DNA from: Bacteroidota bacterium
GTDB taxonomy: Bacteria > Bacteroidota > Bacteroidia > AKYH767-A > OLB10
NCBI GenBank assembly: GCA_016717725.1
Contig: JADKFA010000008.1
Span: forward strand, 114,118-178,117
Length of the DNA: 64,000 nucleotides
Direction: 5' to 3'
The position numbers were made by a program, and so were the translations under genes. The notes below the pieces were generated by a model. It made no database searches. It saw only the letters and a list, made by a program, of their open reading frames with translations, and was not told the DNA's origin. Shown here in pieces: positions 1-9,297 of this stretch (the first letter of the stretch is position 1; every line of letters begins with the position of its first letter).

Positions 1-1225
1 ACCAACTTCTTGTCCAAAATAAATCATTACAGGACCTTTAGAGATACAAGCTGATACCACCATAGTAGGAATCCCTGCAAATGGATTCGAGGCGAAAAAA
101 CGAGAAGCAATTCTTTCTTCATCGTGATTCTCCATAAATGAAAGCATTCGTTCCGAATATTTCTCAACACTCCGAATACAATTCGAAATATCATCTGCTG
201 AATGATATCCGCGAATGATTCCACCTAAGGTATCATATAAACTTACTTTATCATAGAGAAAATCAAAATATCCTTTATCCAAATAATGTTCATACAATTC
301 CGGCTTATAAATTTCAGCAATGAAAATCACGTTAGGATGATGCGTTTTCACACAAGGAATAATCCACTCCCAAAATTCAGCGGGCACCATCTCCGCCATA
401 TCACATCGGAACCCATCTACTCCTTTTCTCACACCAATAAAGAAGTATATCGAGTAATTTTATCCAGGAAGATGGAATGGGATCAAAGAAACAATGATGC
501 GGCGGATTAGGATCCACACCAAAATTAATTTTTATCGTTTCAAACCAATCATTAAGCGATGGATGCGATGAGTACACATCATTCCCCGTAACTTTTGCAG
601 GAAATTCAACAAATTTTTTAAAACCGCGAGGCAATGTTCCACCATCAAGAGGAAGGTAGTCGGAAGGATATTGAAATGATTCATTTTGCAAATACAAAAA
701 ATCATTTTGGGGAGCGAACAATTTGCGAGTATCATCATCTACCCCGAAATCACTTTTCTTTCCTGGATTCATATCTGAATGATAAGATCGCGCCACATGA
801 TTGGGAACAAAATCAATAATTGCTTTTAATCCGCATTCATGCGTTCTATGAATCATCTCTTCAAACTCATGGATGCGATTCGACACATCAACAGACAAAT
901 CAGCATCCACATCATAATAATCGCGAATGGCATAAGGTGATCCTGCGCGACCTTTTACAATATGCGGATCATCGGAAGGGATATCATTTTCCTTATATGC
1001 AGAGAGCGATGAATGCTCTAAAATTCCAGTATACCAAATATGCGAAATGCCTAAAGCTTTTAAGCTATTTAATACGTTTGAATTAATATCATTGAATTTC
1101 CCGCTCCCATTTTGGGCGAGTGTACCATACAATTTATTCTTGCTATTTACATTTGAAAAAACACGCAACAACAATTGATAAATAACTAATTTACTAGAAC
1201 CGGATTTAAAGTGGTAACTCTTCAT
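1..1225 (-). CDS. GH13 alpha-amylase family glycoside hydrolase; its C-terminus runs off the window start. An apparent 1-nt indel in an A4 run near 424-430 splits it into ORF 401..1225 plus an unlisted frame covering 1..459.
   Basis: GH13 regions I-IV read directly from the sequence: DFVPNH (region I), GVDGFRCDMAEMV (region II), IFIAEIY (region III) and FMENHDEERIAS (region IV). The last three sit in a second reverse frame reached by a 1-nt shift at gagAAAAgga. Confidence 0.75.
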
Positions 1226-1303
1226 ACTGTTGGTATGAAAATAGTCTTTCCACTAGCACCATTTTTTAAAAGAAGGATGCTTTATTCACAACCCAATGTT
1301 AAG

Positions 1304-1918
1304 CTAAGCGCGTGCGCTAATGCCTGAAACGATAAGTCGGGTAGTAAATCGAATATCATCCAAAATTGGATCATTTGATGAGTCAATTACCTTATCATTA
1401 TTTTGCAATACAGCTTGACTACTTTCGGGAGTCATGTTATTTGCCATTTTCAAAAACACATCGGCAACGCGGCTAGCATCCGAATATCTAATCTCACCTT
1501 GCTCCATGGCTTCTTTAATAATACTTTCCAACAAATTCCGCTCTTCTTTATAAATACTGTCTCTAAGAGAAATAAAGATGGGCTCAATCTTCCTTCCTTG
1601 CTCTACAATAATATCATGTAACAGGCTTAAATGCTGATAAAATTTTGTTCGTTCAAAGAGTAAAAACACAATTTTATTTTCAATTCCTCTCTTTTCAGTA
1701 ATACCAACTCTAACTAACTCACGAAAACGATGTGCTTCGGCATAAATCACATCACAAAATAAATCATCCTTACTACTATAATAATAATAAAGGGTAGCTT
1801 TATTCAAACTTACTTTATGACCAATCTCATCCAGCGTTGTTTTGTCGTAACCATTTTTTGAGAAACACTCTGTCGCGGCATTAAGTATCATTTGCTTTTT
1901 CTCTTCTCTCTTTAACAT
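1304..1918 (-). CDS. TetR/AcrR family transcriptional regulator
   Basis: N-terminal HTH pattern (FSKNGYDKTTLDEIGHKVSLNKATLYYYY); length ~200 aa. Confidence 0.8.
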   Translation of the reverse strand: MLKREEKKQMILNAATECFSKNGYDKTTLDEIGHKVSLNKATLYYYYSSKDDLFCDVIYAEAHRFRELVRVGITEKRGIENKIVFLLFERTKFYQHLSLLHDIIVEQGRKIEPIFISLRDSIYKEERNLLESIIKEAMEQGEIRYSDASRVADVFLKMANNMTPESSQAVLQNNDKVIDSSNDPILDDIRFTTRLIVSGISARA

Positions 1919-2113
1919 GGCAATTGTTTTGGTTAAACAAAGTTAAATCTACTTCAAGCTCTTCCTACCAAAAAACACTGAACTCAGCAATTCAACTGCT
2001 GAACGGGAATATTTGACCTTTGAACTAGATTACTATCAAAAAAAAGGTGTTCGCCTATTGTAATAAGCTGTTCACCAACAAAATCTGTCCGTTCACATTG
2101 ATTTATTCACCTT

Positions 2114-3667
2114 TCAAAACCACGACTTTTTACCTCTTTTGGAGGTCCCAATGCCCAAAACACCCAACAATCCGCGAGTCACTTCCCGAGCCAAGGTGCG
2201 AGCTACTTGCCGCCCAACGGTACTATCAATTGCTTCGCCGATCACGGACTTTTCATCCTTTTTAGATGGTTTCTCCTTTTTTTCTGAGGATTCATCCATT
2301 TCTGAAGGATTCAACTTTTCCTGAAGCATTTCATAGGCGCTCTCACGATCGACCTCTTGATTATACTTTTTCACCATATCCGATTGACTTAACAAATCAT
2401 CTTGTTCAGAAGGAGTCAAAATATCCATTCGGGATTGAGGAGCTGCTAAAAATGTATGGACTAATGGACTTGGTGTTCCTTTTTCGGTAAGACATGTGAC
2501 CATAGCTTCTCCAATTCCCAATTCTGTGATTAACGTATCGACGTCATAAAACTCAGTGATCGGATAATTTTCAGCCACTAACTTTATGGCTTTTCGATCG
2601 GCAGCGGTGAATGCACGTAATGCATGCTGAACTTTTAATCCAAGTTGACCTAAGATGGCTGCCGGAACATCCACCGGACTTTGCGTACAAAATATAATAC
2701 CAACACCCTTAGAACGAATTAATTTAATGATGCTCTCCAATTGATCCATCAAGGCATCACTGGCTTCTTTAAAAATAAGATGGGCTTCATCAATAAACAA
2801 TACCAATTTCGGTTGTTCCAAATCACCTTCCTCCGGAAAGGATTGATAAATTTCAGCCAACAGACACAACATAAAAGTACTAAACAATTTTGGCTTATCT
2901 TGAATGTCGACTAAGCGAACGATATGCACATAGCCTTTACCGTTATCATCGAGTCGCAGTAAATCATTTACATCAAAGGAAGTTTCACCAAAAAACAGAT
3001 CGGCTCCCTGCTCTTCCACTTCAATAATTTTCCGTAAGATGGTAGAAGCAGAAGCTGTGCTGATGGCTCCATACTCCTTTTTAATCTCTTCCTTCCCTTC
3101 GTTGGTGCAATACTGAAGTACTTTTTTGAAATCTTTTAAATCCAATAAGGGTAAAGAACGATCATCGGAATATTTAAATACTAATGAAACCACTCCCGAC
3201 TGGGTATCATTCAATCCTAAAATTTTAGAAAACAAGACAGGACCAAATTCCGAAACGGTAGCACGAAGTCGCACTCCTTTTTCATGTGATAAGCTCATCA
3301 ACTCACAGGGAAATGCTTGAGGCTTCCAGGTAATCCCCAACTTCTCTTGACGTTCATCAATTTTTGGATGTGGAATTCCAGGCATTGCCATTCCACTCAA
3401 ATCTCCTTTCACATCCATCATCATTACTGACACACCATTCGATGCCAAACCTTCAGCTAAACCTTGCAAGGTTTTCGTTTTTCCTGTTCCTGTGGCTCCT
3501 GCAATAAGTCCGTGGCGATTCAACGTTGATAATGGAATGCTCACTAATGCTTCCTTCAACACTTCTCCATTAAATACGGCTGCCCCTAGAGGAATTGTTC
3601 CACCTTTGAAAGTATATCCTTTTTGAAAAGTTTCTAGAAATGTTTCTTTTGATGCCATGTTATACAA
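2114..3667 (-). CDS. HerA-like / YjgR (DUF853) P-loop NTPase
   Basis: Walker A GATGTGKTKTL near the N-terminus; ~500 aa with the domain organisation typical of YjgR-family ATPases. Confidence 0.65.
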   Translation of the reverse strand: MYNMASKETFLETFQKGYTFKGGTIPLGAAVFNGEVLKEALVSIPLSTLNRHGLIAGATGTGKTKTLQGLAEGLASNGVSVMMMDVKGDLSGMAMPGIPHPKIDERQEKLGITWKPQAFPCELMSLSHEKGVRLRATVSEFGPVLFSKILGLNDTQSGVVSLVFKYSDDRSLPLLDLKDFKKVLQYCTNEGKEEIKKEYGAISTASASTILRKIIEVEEQGADLFFGETSFDVNDLLRLDDNGKGYVHIVRLVDIQDKPKLFSTFMLCLLAEIYQSFPEEGDLEQPKLVLFIDEAHLIFKEASDALMDQLESIIKLIRSKGVGIIFCTQSPVDVPAAILGQLGLKVQHALRAFTAADRKAIKLVAENYPITEFYDVDTLITELGIGEAMVTCLTEKGTPSPLVHTFLAAPQSRMDILTPSEQDDLLSQSDMVKKYNQEVDRESAYEMLQEKLNPSEMDESSEKKEKPSKKDEKSVIGEAIDSTVGRQVARTLAREVTRGLLGVLGIGTSKRGKKSWF

Positions 3668-3825
3668 TTTATAAATATTTTATGTTCCAAATAATAATTA
3701 TTAAATTTTTTATCAATAAGTTATTTTCATAATCACTGAATTAATTACATAAATTAAAAAGTTCACTATCATCTTTAATAAATATTTCAGTTTTCATAAA
3801 TAAATTTTTGACCACTAATTTACTT

Positions 3826-3856
3826 GTTACTTTCTTTTACGTGAAAAGAAAGTAAC
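3826..3856. repeat. Perfect 13-bp inverted repeat (GTTACTTTCTTTT acgtg AAAAGAAAGTAAC) in the 460-bp spacer between bshC and the HerA-like gene
   Basis: Read directly from the sequence; sits ~170 bp upstream of the HerA-like start codon. Confidence 0.6.
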
Positions 3857-4128
3857 CAAAGAAAGCACGCCACCCAACACCAACCAATTTTTACAGATTC
3901 TGCTTTCTACTTTCTTTAGCAACCACTGAACAATCTTTTGTGCTATCTCTTTACTTCACCGGTAAAGCAAAAATCGGTTCGCGCTGTTGCGTGGACGACC
4001 TCCGCACTGTTCCGAACGAAATTGTTTGTTATTAATATTTTTTGCTCGAAATGTGTTCCTTATTTGTTTATTTAATTAGATTAAATATTGTGTATAATTG
4101 GTAATAGTCTCTCTTTAATAATAAAATA

Positions 4129-5721
4129 TTAATCTACAATCATCGTCATCTTATATTCGAAAGGCTGAAATTGATTAATCAATTCAGTAATTATTTCAGA
4201 TCCACTTTTTACATAAAACCCTAAAAAATTCTCATATCGCTCTTGCGGTATTTGATTTGGATTTACTTTATCCAGCACCGATTGAATCTGATTTAAAGCC
4301 ACCTCATGTTTTCGCTTTAATGCTGCTTGTCCTTTCTTTCCCAAATTATCCAAGCCATTACTTACCTTTTGCATTTCAGCTTGGACACTGGGCGCTAAAG
4401 TTGGATCCGCTACCAAAAATAATTTCTCGAGTTCTACATAAATGCTTTTCAACTTTTCCTTCGCCTCTTCAATTCCAGGAGATATTTCCTCTTGCGCTGC
4501 TAACCATTCACGAACGAGATCATCAAAATTTCTAAATAAATCCTTTTCTGAAAATCCTAACTTCGAGAATTTATCAAGCGCCTTTGATGGTACAATCAGT
4601 GCATTGTTACGAGGAACTAAAACAGGATAACTCACCGAATAGTGCTCAAATAAATCTTTTAGCTGCAACCAATACGCCAACTCTCCAGGTCCACCGATGT
4701 AAGCAAGATTTGGAAGTATTTTTTCTTGATACAAGGGCCGCATAATAACATTTGGACTAAATCGCTCCACTTGCTTGTCGACCAAATCGTGAATAAACTC
4801 ACGACTAAATTTCAAATCTGTTTGCAGAACTCTATAATTTTGATGATCGTCCTTTACAATACGAGCTCTCAATTGATCCTCCAAATAAAACAAGTTGATC
4901 TCTCTAGGATTCACTTGAATTTTGTAATTCTTTTCTAAACGTGCACTTGTTTTTTCAACGATTGACGATGATGCTTGTTCATCCAATTCATCCCGTATGA
5001 TGGAACTAAATAATTTTTTTAATGGAGCCGAATCCGCATCGATCACTACCAAACCTTGTTCACCAAACAAACTCAATACAAATGATCGCGTTGCTTCGGC
5101 TAAAGTTGAATGGTTAGCATAAGCTTCGTTTAATAATTTGGCAACTTCATTTCCATACGCTTCGTTCTTGAACAAGTCTATTAACTCTTCTAAAAATTTA
5201 GTGGTAGAATCTGTTTTTAATCTACCACTTGCACCTTGCTCCTTCGTTTCCCAAATCAACTTCTTTCCATACACATGCACATGATTGATTTCTTCAATGT
5301 CATGATCTTCGGTTGCCATCCAATACACGGGAACAAAATTGTATTGAGGATATTTTGTCTTTAACTCCTGAGCCAACTTAATGGTGGAAATAATTTTATA
5401 AATAAAATACGAAGGTCCGCCAGCAATACAAAGCTGATGACCTGTAGTTACCGTATACGTATTTGAATTAGCGATCGAATCGACATTCGATTTTACCAAT
5501 GGAAACTTTTCAAAATAATTAGCATGTTGCTCAGTTAATTCAGAAACCAGTTCTACACGATGAAATGGAAATTGATTTCTATTTTCAATTACATCTGGAA
5601 AAGAATTTAGATGAGGAATGTATTTATAAAACGGAACCAGATCAGGATGACCTTCTGTATAATCCAACATCAGCTTGCTATAAAAACCGATTTCGGATAA
5701 TGGAAGCTGAAGTACTTTCAT
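4129..5721 (-). CDS. bshC: Bacillithiol biosynthesis cysteine-adding enzyme BshC family protein
   Basis: ~530 aa. The N-terminus (MKVLQLPLSEIGFYSKLMLDYTEG...) and overall profile are BshC/YllA-like; recognition-based. Confidence 0.5.
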   Translation of the reverse strand: MKVLQLPLSEIGFYSKLMLDYTEGHPDLVPFYKYIPHLNSFPDVIENRNQFPFHRVELVSELTEQHANYFEKFPLVKSNVDSIANSNTYTVTTGHQLCIAGGPSYFIYKIISTIKLAQELKTKYPQYNFVPVYWMATEDHDIEEINHVHVYGKKLIWETKEQGASGRLKTDSTTKFLEELIDLFKNEAYGNEVAKLLNEAYANHSTLAEATRSFVLSLFGEQGLVVIDADSAPLKKLFSSIIRDELDEQASSSIVEKTSARLEKNYKIQVNPREINLFYLEDQLRARIVKDDHQNYRVLQTDLKFSREFIHDLVDKQVERFSPNVIMRPLYQEKILPNLAYIGGPGELAYWLQLKDLFEHYSVSYPVLVPRNNALIVPSKALDKFSKLGFSEKDLFRNFDDLVREWLAAQEEISPGIEEAKEKLKSIYVELEKLFLVADPTLAPSVQAEMQKVSNGLDNLGKKGQAALKRKHEVALNQIQSVLDKVNPNQIPQERYENFLGFYVKSGSEIITELINQFQPFEYKMTMIVD

Positions 5722-5727
5722 AGCGTT

Positions 5728-7044
5728 TTACTTGTTGATGATCTCTCCGTATAAATCGAATGCCGCCGTAGAAGTAATTTTTACAAGTGCAAAATCACCA
5801 ATACGAACATAGGTATCTTTTGCTGCAACTAATACTTCATTGTCCACTTCGGGAGAGTCAAACTCGGTTCTACCTACAAAATAATCACCTTCTTTACGAT
5901 CGAATAAAACTTTAAAAGTCATTCCGACTTTCAAACTATTTATATCTTCTGAAATTCCTTGTTGCACCGCCATCACCGCTTCAGCACGTTCTTGTTTTAC
6001 CTCATCTGAAACATCATCTTCCAAACCGTAAGCATGCGTATTTTCCTCGTGTGAATAGGTGAAAATTCCTAAACGATCAAATCGGGCTTTTTCTACAAAA
6101 CGTAACATCGCTTGATGATCTTCTTCCGTTTCGCCAGGATAACCAGCGATCAAGGTTGTGCGTAATGCAATGCCTGGAACTTTCGCTCTAAACATATCAA
6201 TCAATTCATACGTTTTTGCTTCGGTAGTTCCACGACGCATCGACTTCAACATATTATCAGAAATATGCTGTAGCGGAATGTCGATGTAATTGCAAATATT
6301 TTCAGTCTCACGCATTACATCCAAGACATCTTCTGGAAAACCACTCGGAAAAGCATAATGCAAACGAATCCATTCGATGCCTTCAACATCACTCAACGCT
6401 CTGAGTAGATCAGCTAACTTTCGATCCTTATAAATATCTAAACCGTAATAGGTAGAATCCTGAGCAATCAATAATAATTCCTTCGTGCCATTCTTAGCTA
6501 ACGTTTTTGCTTCGGCAACTAACTCTTCCATCGGACGAGAAATATGTTTACCACGCATCAGAGGAATCGCGCAAAACGAACAAGGACGATCGCAGCCTTC
6601 TGAAATTTTTAAGTATGCAAAATGACGCGGTGTCGTTAACAATCGCTCACCAATCAATTCGTGTTTATAATCGGCACCTAATGTTTTTAACAACAAGGGT
6701 AAATCACGTGTACCGAAATACGCATCCACATTGGTGATTTCCTTTTCTAAATCGGGCTTGTATCTTTCGGATAGGCATCCCGTTACTATTAAACGATCAA
6801 TCTTCCCTTTTTCCTTTTGTTTTGCATAATGCAAAATCGTTTCAATGGATTCTTGTTTCGCATTATCAATAAATCCGCAGGTATTGATGATCACAATGGA
6901 AGCATCATTCTTTGAACTTTCATGCGTCACATCAAAATCATTCGCACGTAATTGACCCATCAAGACTTCAGAGTCCACCAGGTTTTTAGAGCAACCTAAT
7001 GTTACTACATTGACTTTATTTTGCTTGAGGGTTTTGGTCTTCAC
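5728..7044 (-). CDS. rimO: Ribosomal protein S12 methylthiotransferase RimO (radical SAM, MiaB-like with TRAM domain)
   Basis: N-terminal VVTLGCSKNLVDSE, radical-SAM CDRPCSFCAIP, and a C-terminal TRAM-like segment. Confidence 0.8.
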   Translation of the reverse strand: MKTKTLKQNKVNVVTLGCSKNLVDSEVLMGQLRANDFDVTHESSKNDASIVIINTCGFIDNAKQESIETILHYAKQKEKGKIDRLIVTGCLSERYKPDLEKEITNVDAYFGTRDLPLLLKTLGADYKHELIGERLLTTPRHFAYLKISEGCDRPCSFCAIPLMRGKHISRPMEELVAEAKTLAKNGTKELLLIAQDSTYYGLDIYKDRKLADLLRALSDVEGIEWIRLHYAFPSGFPEDVLDVMRETENICNYIDIPLQHISDNMLKSMRRGTTEAKTYELIDMFRAKVPGIALRTTLIAGYPGETEEDHQAMLRFVEKARFDRLGIFTYSHEENTHAYGLEDDVSDEVKQERAEAVMAVQQGISEDINSLKVGMTFKVLFDRKEGDYFVGRTEFDSPEVDNEVLVAAKDTYVRIGDFALVKITSTAAFDLYGEIINK

Positions 7045-7049
7045 GATTA

Positions 7050-7535
7050 TTAATAAAACACGTTAAACTTAGATTTATCGAGTATAATTTGAACTTCAGG
7101 TGGGAAAATAGGATTTATCAAATCGAAAAATTGAACTTGTAATCGCACCCAAGCATTCGTAGAACGAGAAGAAATGGTTTTACCTTTTTGCTCAATCGTT
7201 AATTCTATTGAACGTGGATAATTTTCATCGTCGATTTGTTGAAAGTTTGCATATCCATCAAAATACTCTGGCTTTAAACTATCAGCTGGAAAAGATTTCA
7301 ATATTCCTGAGATGAGCTTTTGTTCTTTCGGAGTTAATGCACGCTTCAAATAATCAACATTAGAACGACCATAATCCGATTTACCAGTGATGATTAAACT
7401 ATCGTTCGTGATACGATACGCTTGTTCCATATTCATCTTCGCCATATTATCCTTGATGATAATTTGCCAGGACTGCGCCACGCCCATCTGCGCAAGCAAA
7501 ACAAAACAGAATACAATTAGAATATTTTTTTTCAT
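7050..7535 (-). CDS. Hypothetical secreted protein with a signal peptide
   Basis: MKKNILIVFCFVLLAQMGVAQ signal peptide. Start taken at the internal Met. Tightly packed between ftsY and rimO. Confidence 0.45.
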   Translation of the reverse strand: MKKNILIVFCFVLLAQMGVAQSWQIIIKDNMAKMNMEQAYRITNDSLIITGKSDYGRSNVDYLKRALTPKEQKLISGILKSFPADSLKPEYFDGYANFQQIDDENYPRSIELTIEQKGKTISSRSTNAWVRLQVQFFDLINPIFPPEVQIILDKSKFNVFY

Positions 7536-7536
7536 T

Positions 7537-8502
7537 TTAGATTTGAGATTCAAACAATGAATTTACAAATTCTTTTTTATCGAATAACTGCAAGTCTTCC
7601 ATTTTCTCTCCTACTCCAATATACTTCACCGGAATACTAAACTGATCCGACACTCCAATCACCACTCCACCTTTTGCTGTACCATCCAACTTTGTTAATG
7701 CGAGTGCATTTACATCGGTAGCAGCAACAAATTGCTTCGCTTGTTCAAAAGCATTTTGTCCAGTTGAAGCATCGAGAACGAGTAAAATTTCATGCGGCGC
7801 ATCGGGAACAACCTTTTGCATCACCCGTTTAATTTTCGAAAGTTCGTTCATTAAATTGATTTTATTATGAAGACGACCTGCGGTATCGATGATACAAACA
7901 TCAGCGCCTTGTGCATGTGCGGAAGAAACCGCATCAAAAGCGACAGAGGCTGGATCTGCACCCATGCCTTGACTCACGATAGGCACATCCACACGCTTCG
8001 CCCAAATGATTAGCTGATCAACAGCAGCAGCACGAAAGGTATCGGCAGCACCAAGCACCACAGACTTTCCAGCTTTCTTAAATGCGTAGGCTAACTTTCC
8101 TATGGTTGTTGTTTTTCCAACACCATTTACGCCCACCACCATAATTACATAGGGTTTGGAAGGAAGCTCATCCACTAAATTAAAATCGACTTTACTGCCG
8201 GCGGTATTCTCCGACATCAGTCCAACAATTTCCTCTTTCAAAAGGCGATTCAATTCGCTGGTGCCTGAATATTTATCACGTGCCACACGATCTTGAATAC
8301 GCTTTACAATTTTGAGGGTAGTTTCAACACCCACGTCACTCGTCACTAAAATCTCTTCTAAATTATCGAGTACTTCATCGTCGATGCTGGTCTTCCCAAT
8401 GAGGGTCTTGGTGATCTTTGAAAAAAAACTCTCACGGGTTTTCTCGAGTCCCTTATCGAGCGACTCCTTTTTCTCTTTATTGAAGAATCCGAATAATCCC
8501 AT
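7537..8502 (-). CDS. ftsY: Signal recognition particle receptor FtsY
   Basis: SRP GTPase motifs GVNGVGKTTTIGKLA and DTAGR; NG-domain architecture. Confidence 0.9.
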   Translation of the reverse strand: MGLFGFFNKEKKESLDKGLEKTRESFFSKITKTLIGKTSIDDEVLDNLEEILVTSDVGVETTLKIVKRIQDRVARDKYSGTSELNRLLKEEIVGLMSENTAGSKVDFNLVDELPSKPYVIMVVGVNGVGKTTTIGKLAYAFKKAGKSVVLGAADTFRAAAVDQLIIWAKRVDVPIVSQGMGADPASVAFDAVSSAHAQGADVCIIDTAGRLHNKINLMNELSKIKRVMQKVVPDAPHEILLVLDASTGQNAFEQAKQFVAATDVNALALTKLDGTAKGGVVIGVSDQFSIPVKYIGVGEKMEDLQLFDKKEFVNSLFESQI

Positions 8503-8521
8503 TTTATTTGCTTTTGGTACT

Positions 8522-8555
8522 AATAAAAACAGCCTCTTTCGATGGAAAGAAGCTG
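8522..8555 (-). terminator. Intrinsic terminator after the DUF4295 gene
   Basis: On the minus strand, an 11-bp stem CAGCUUCUUUC / GAAAGAGGCUG (one G.U pair) with loop CAUC, followed by UUUUUAUU. Confidence 0.55.
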
Positions 8556-8583
8556 TCTGATCTGGTTGATTGTCAGAATATTA

Positions 8584-8736
8584 CTTATCTTTCAAGAAAT
8601 CTTTAATATGGTCATTGTGAACGATCTCTTCTTTAAAAGAGTAAGATCCAGTCACTGGTGATTTCACCATTTTGATCACTTTCGAGAATTCTTTGCCTTT
8701 ACCGGTTTTCAGTGTAGCAACTACTTTCTTAGCCAT
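8584..8736 (-). CDS. DUF4295 family small protein, 50 aa (MAKKVVATLKTGKGKEFSKVIKMVKSPVTGSYSFKEEIVHNDHIKDFLKDK)
   Basis: Not in the ORF track because it is under 60 aa. Translated manually. It sits at the conserved Bacteroidetes position directly downstream of rpmG. Confidence 0.55.
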
Positions 8737-8763
8737 GTTATTTTATATTGGGCGGGAGGCCGA

Positions 8764-8946
8764 TTATTTAATTTCTTTATGAAGCGTCATTTTCTTGAGG
8801 ATAGGATTGAATTTTTTCAATTCTAAACGCTCAGTTGTGTTCTTCTTGTTCTTGGTGGTGATGTAACGACTGGTGCCTGGTTTACCAGAGTTTTTATGCT
8901 CTGTACACTCCATAATCACCTGAACGCGGTTACCTTTCTTAGCCAT
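8764..8946 (-). CDS. rpmG: 50S ribosomal protein L33
   Basis: [17 protein letters not shown]...[35 protein letters not shown] matches the L33 consensus. Confidence 0.9.
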   Translation of the reverse strand: MAKKGNRVQVIMECTEHKNSGKPGTSRYITTKNKKNTTERLELKKFNPILKKMTLHKEIK

Positions 8947-8977
8947 GGTTTAATGTATTATTACCCGTAATTTGGGT

Positions 8978-8990
8978 CGGCAAAGATACT
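8978..8990 (-). promoter_or_regulatory. Bacteroidetes-type -7 promoter element TATCTTTG (TAnnTTTG), ~35 nt upstream of the rpmG ATG
   Basis: Minus-strand sequence is GTATCTTTGCCGACCC. The same box precedes rpmB and rpmH. Confidence 0.4.
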
Positions 8991-9255
8991 ACGATTAATG
9001 GCAAAATACAAAGGATTCGGAGGAATTTATGTTAAGTGCTTATAAACTATTGATTATAATATATTTATGGAGGATAAAGAGCTGCGTCGCTGGAACTATA
9101 ACTTGATGGAACGCAGATTTATTAAGATTGATTAAGATTTTTTATGATTTCTTTGCGGCCGCTGCTAAACGCTGCTAACGTTGCGTTTAAGCTGAGACTA
9201 ATAATAGATCAAAAAGCTCAATTCCAATCTAATCTTCCTTTCACCAAAGCGCCAG

Positions 9256-9297
9256 CCCATTTTCAAATTTTCAAATTAATCCATTTTCAAATTAAAA
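9256..9297. repeat. Post-stop tandem element, copy A (CCATTTTCAAATTTTCAAATTAATCCATTTTCAAATTAA); overlaps the stop codon of gene 9292..10866
   Basis: Near-identical copies at 10873-10912 and, inverted, at 14780-14822. Confidence 0.7.

Noticed and set aside
286-1086. Small ORFs 286..510+, 532..738-, 634..819+, 820..1086+
   Set aside because: All lie inside or antisense to the GH13 amylase reading frames. They have no motifs and are shadow ORFs.
2114-3667. HerA-like ATPase as part of an antiphage defence system
   Set aside because: It is a YjgR/DUF853-type standalone ATPase with no partner nuclease, Sir2 or DUF4297 gene nearby. The neighbours are a TetR regulator and housekeeping genes.
9067-9135. 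22-codon ORF (MEDKELRRWNYNLMERRFIKID) in the rpmG / T9SS-gene spacer
   Set aside because: Too short and lacking an RBS or promoter context. The region is better described by short local repeats (GCGGCCGC, CGCTGCTAA x2).
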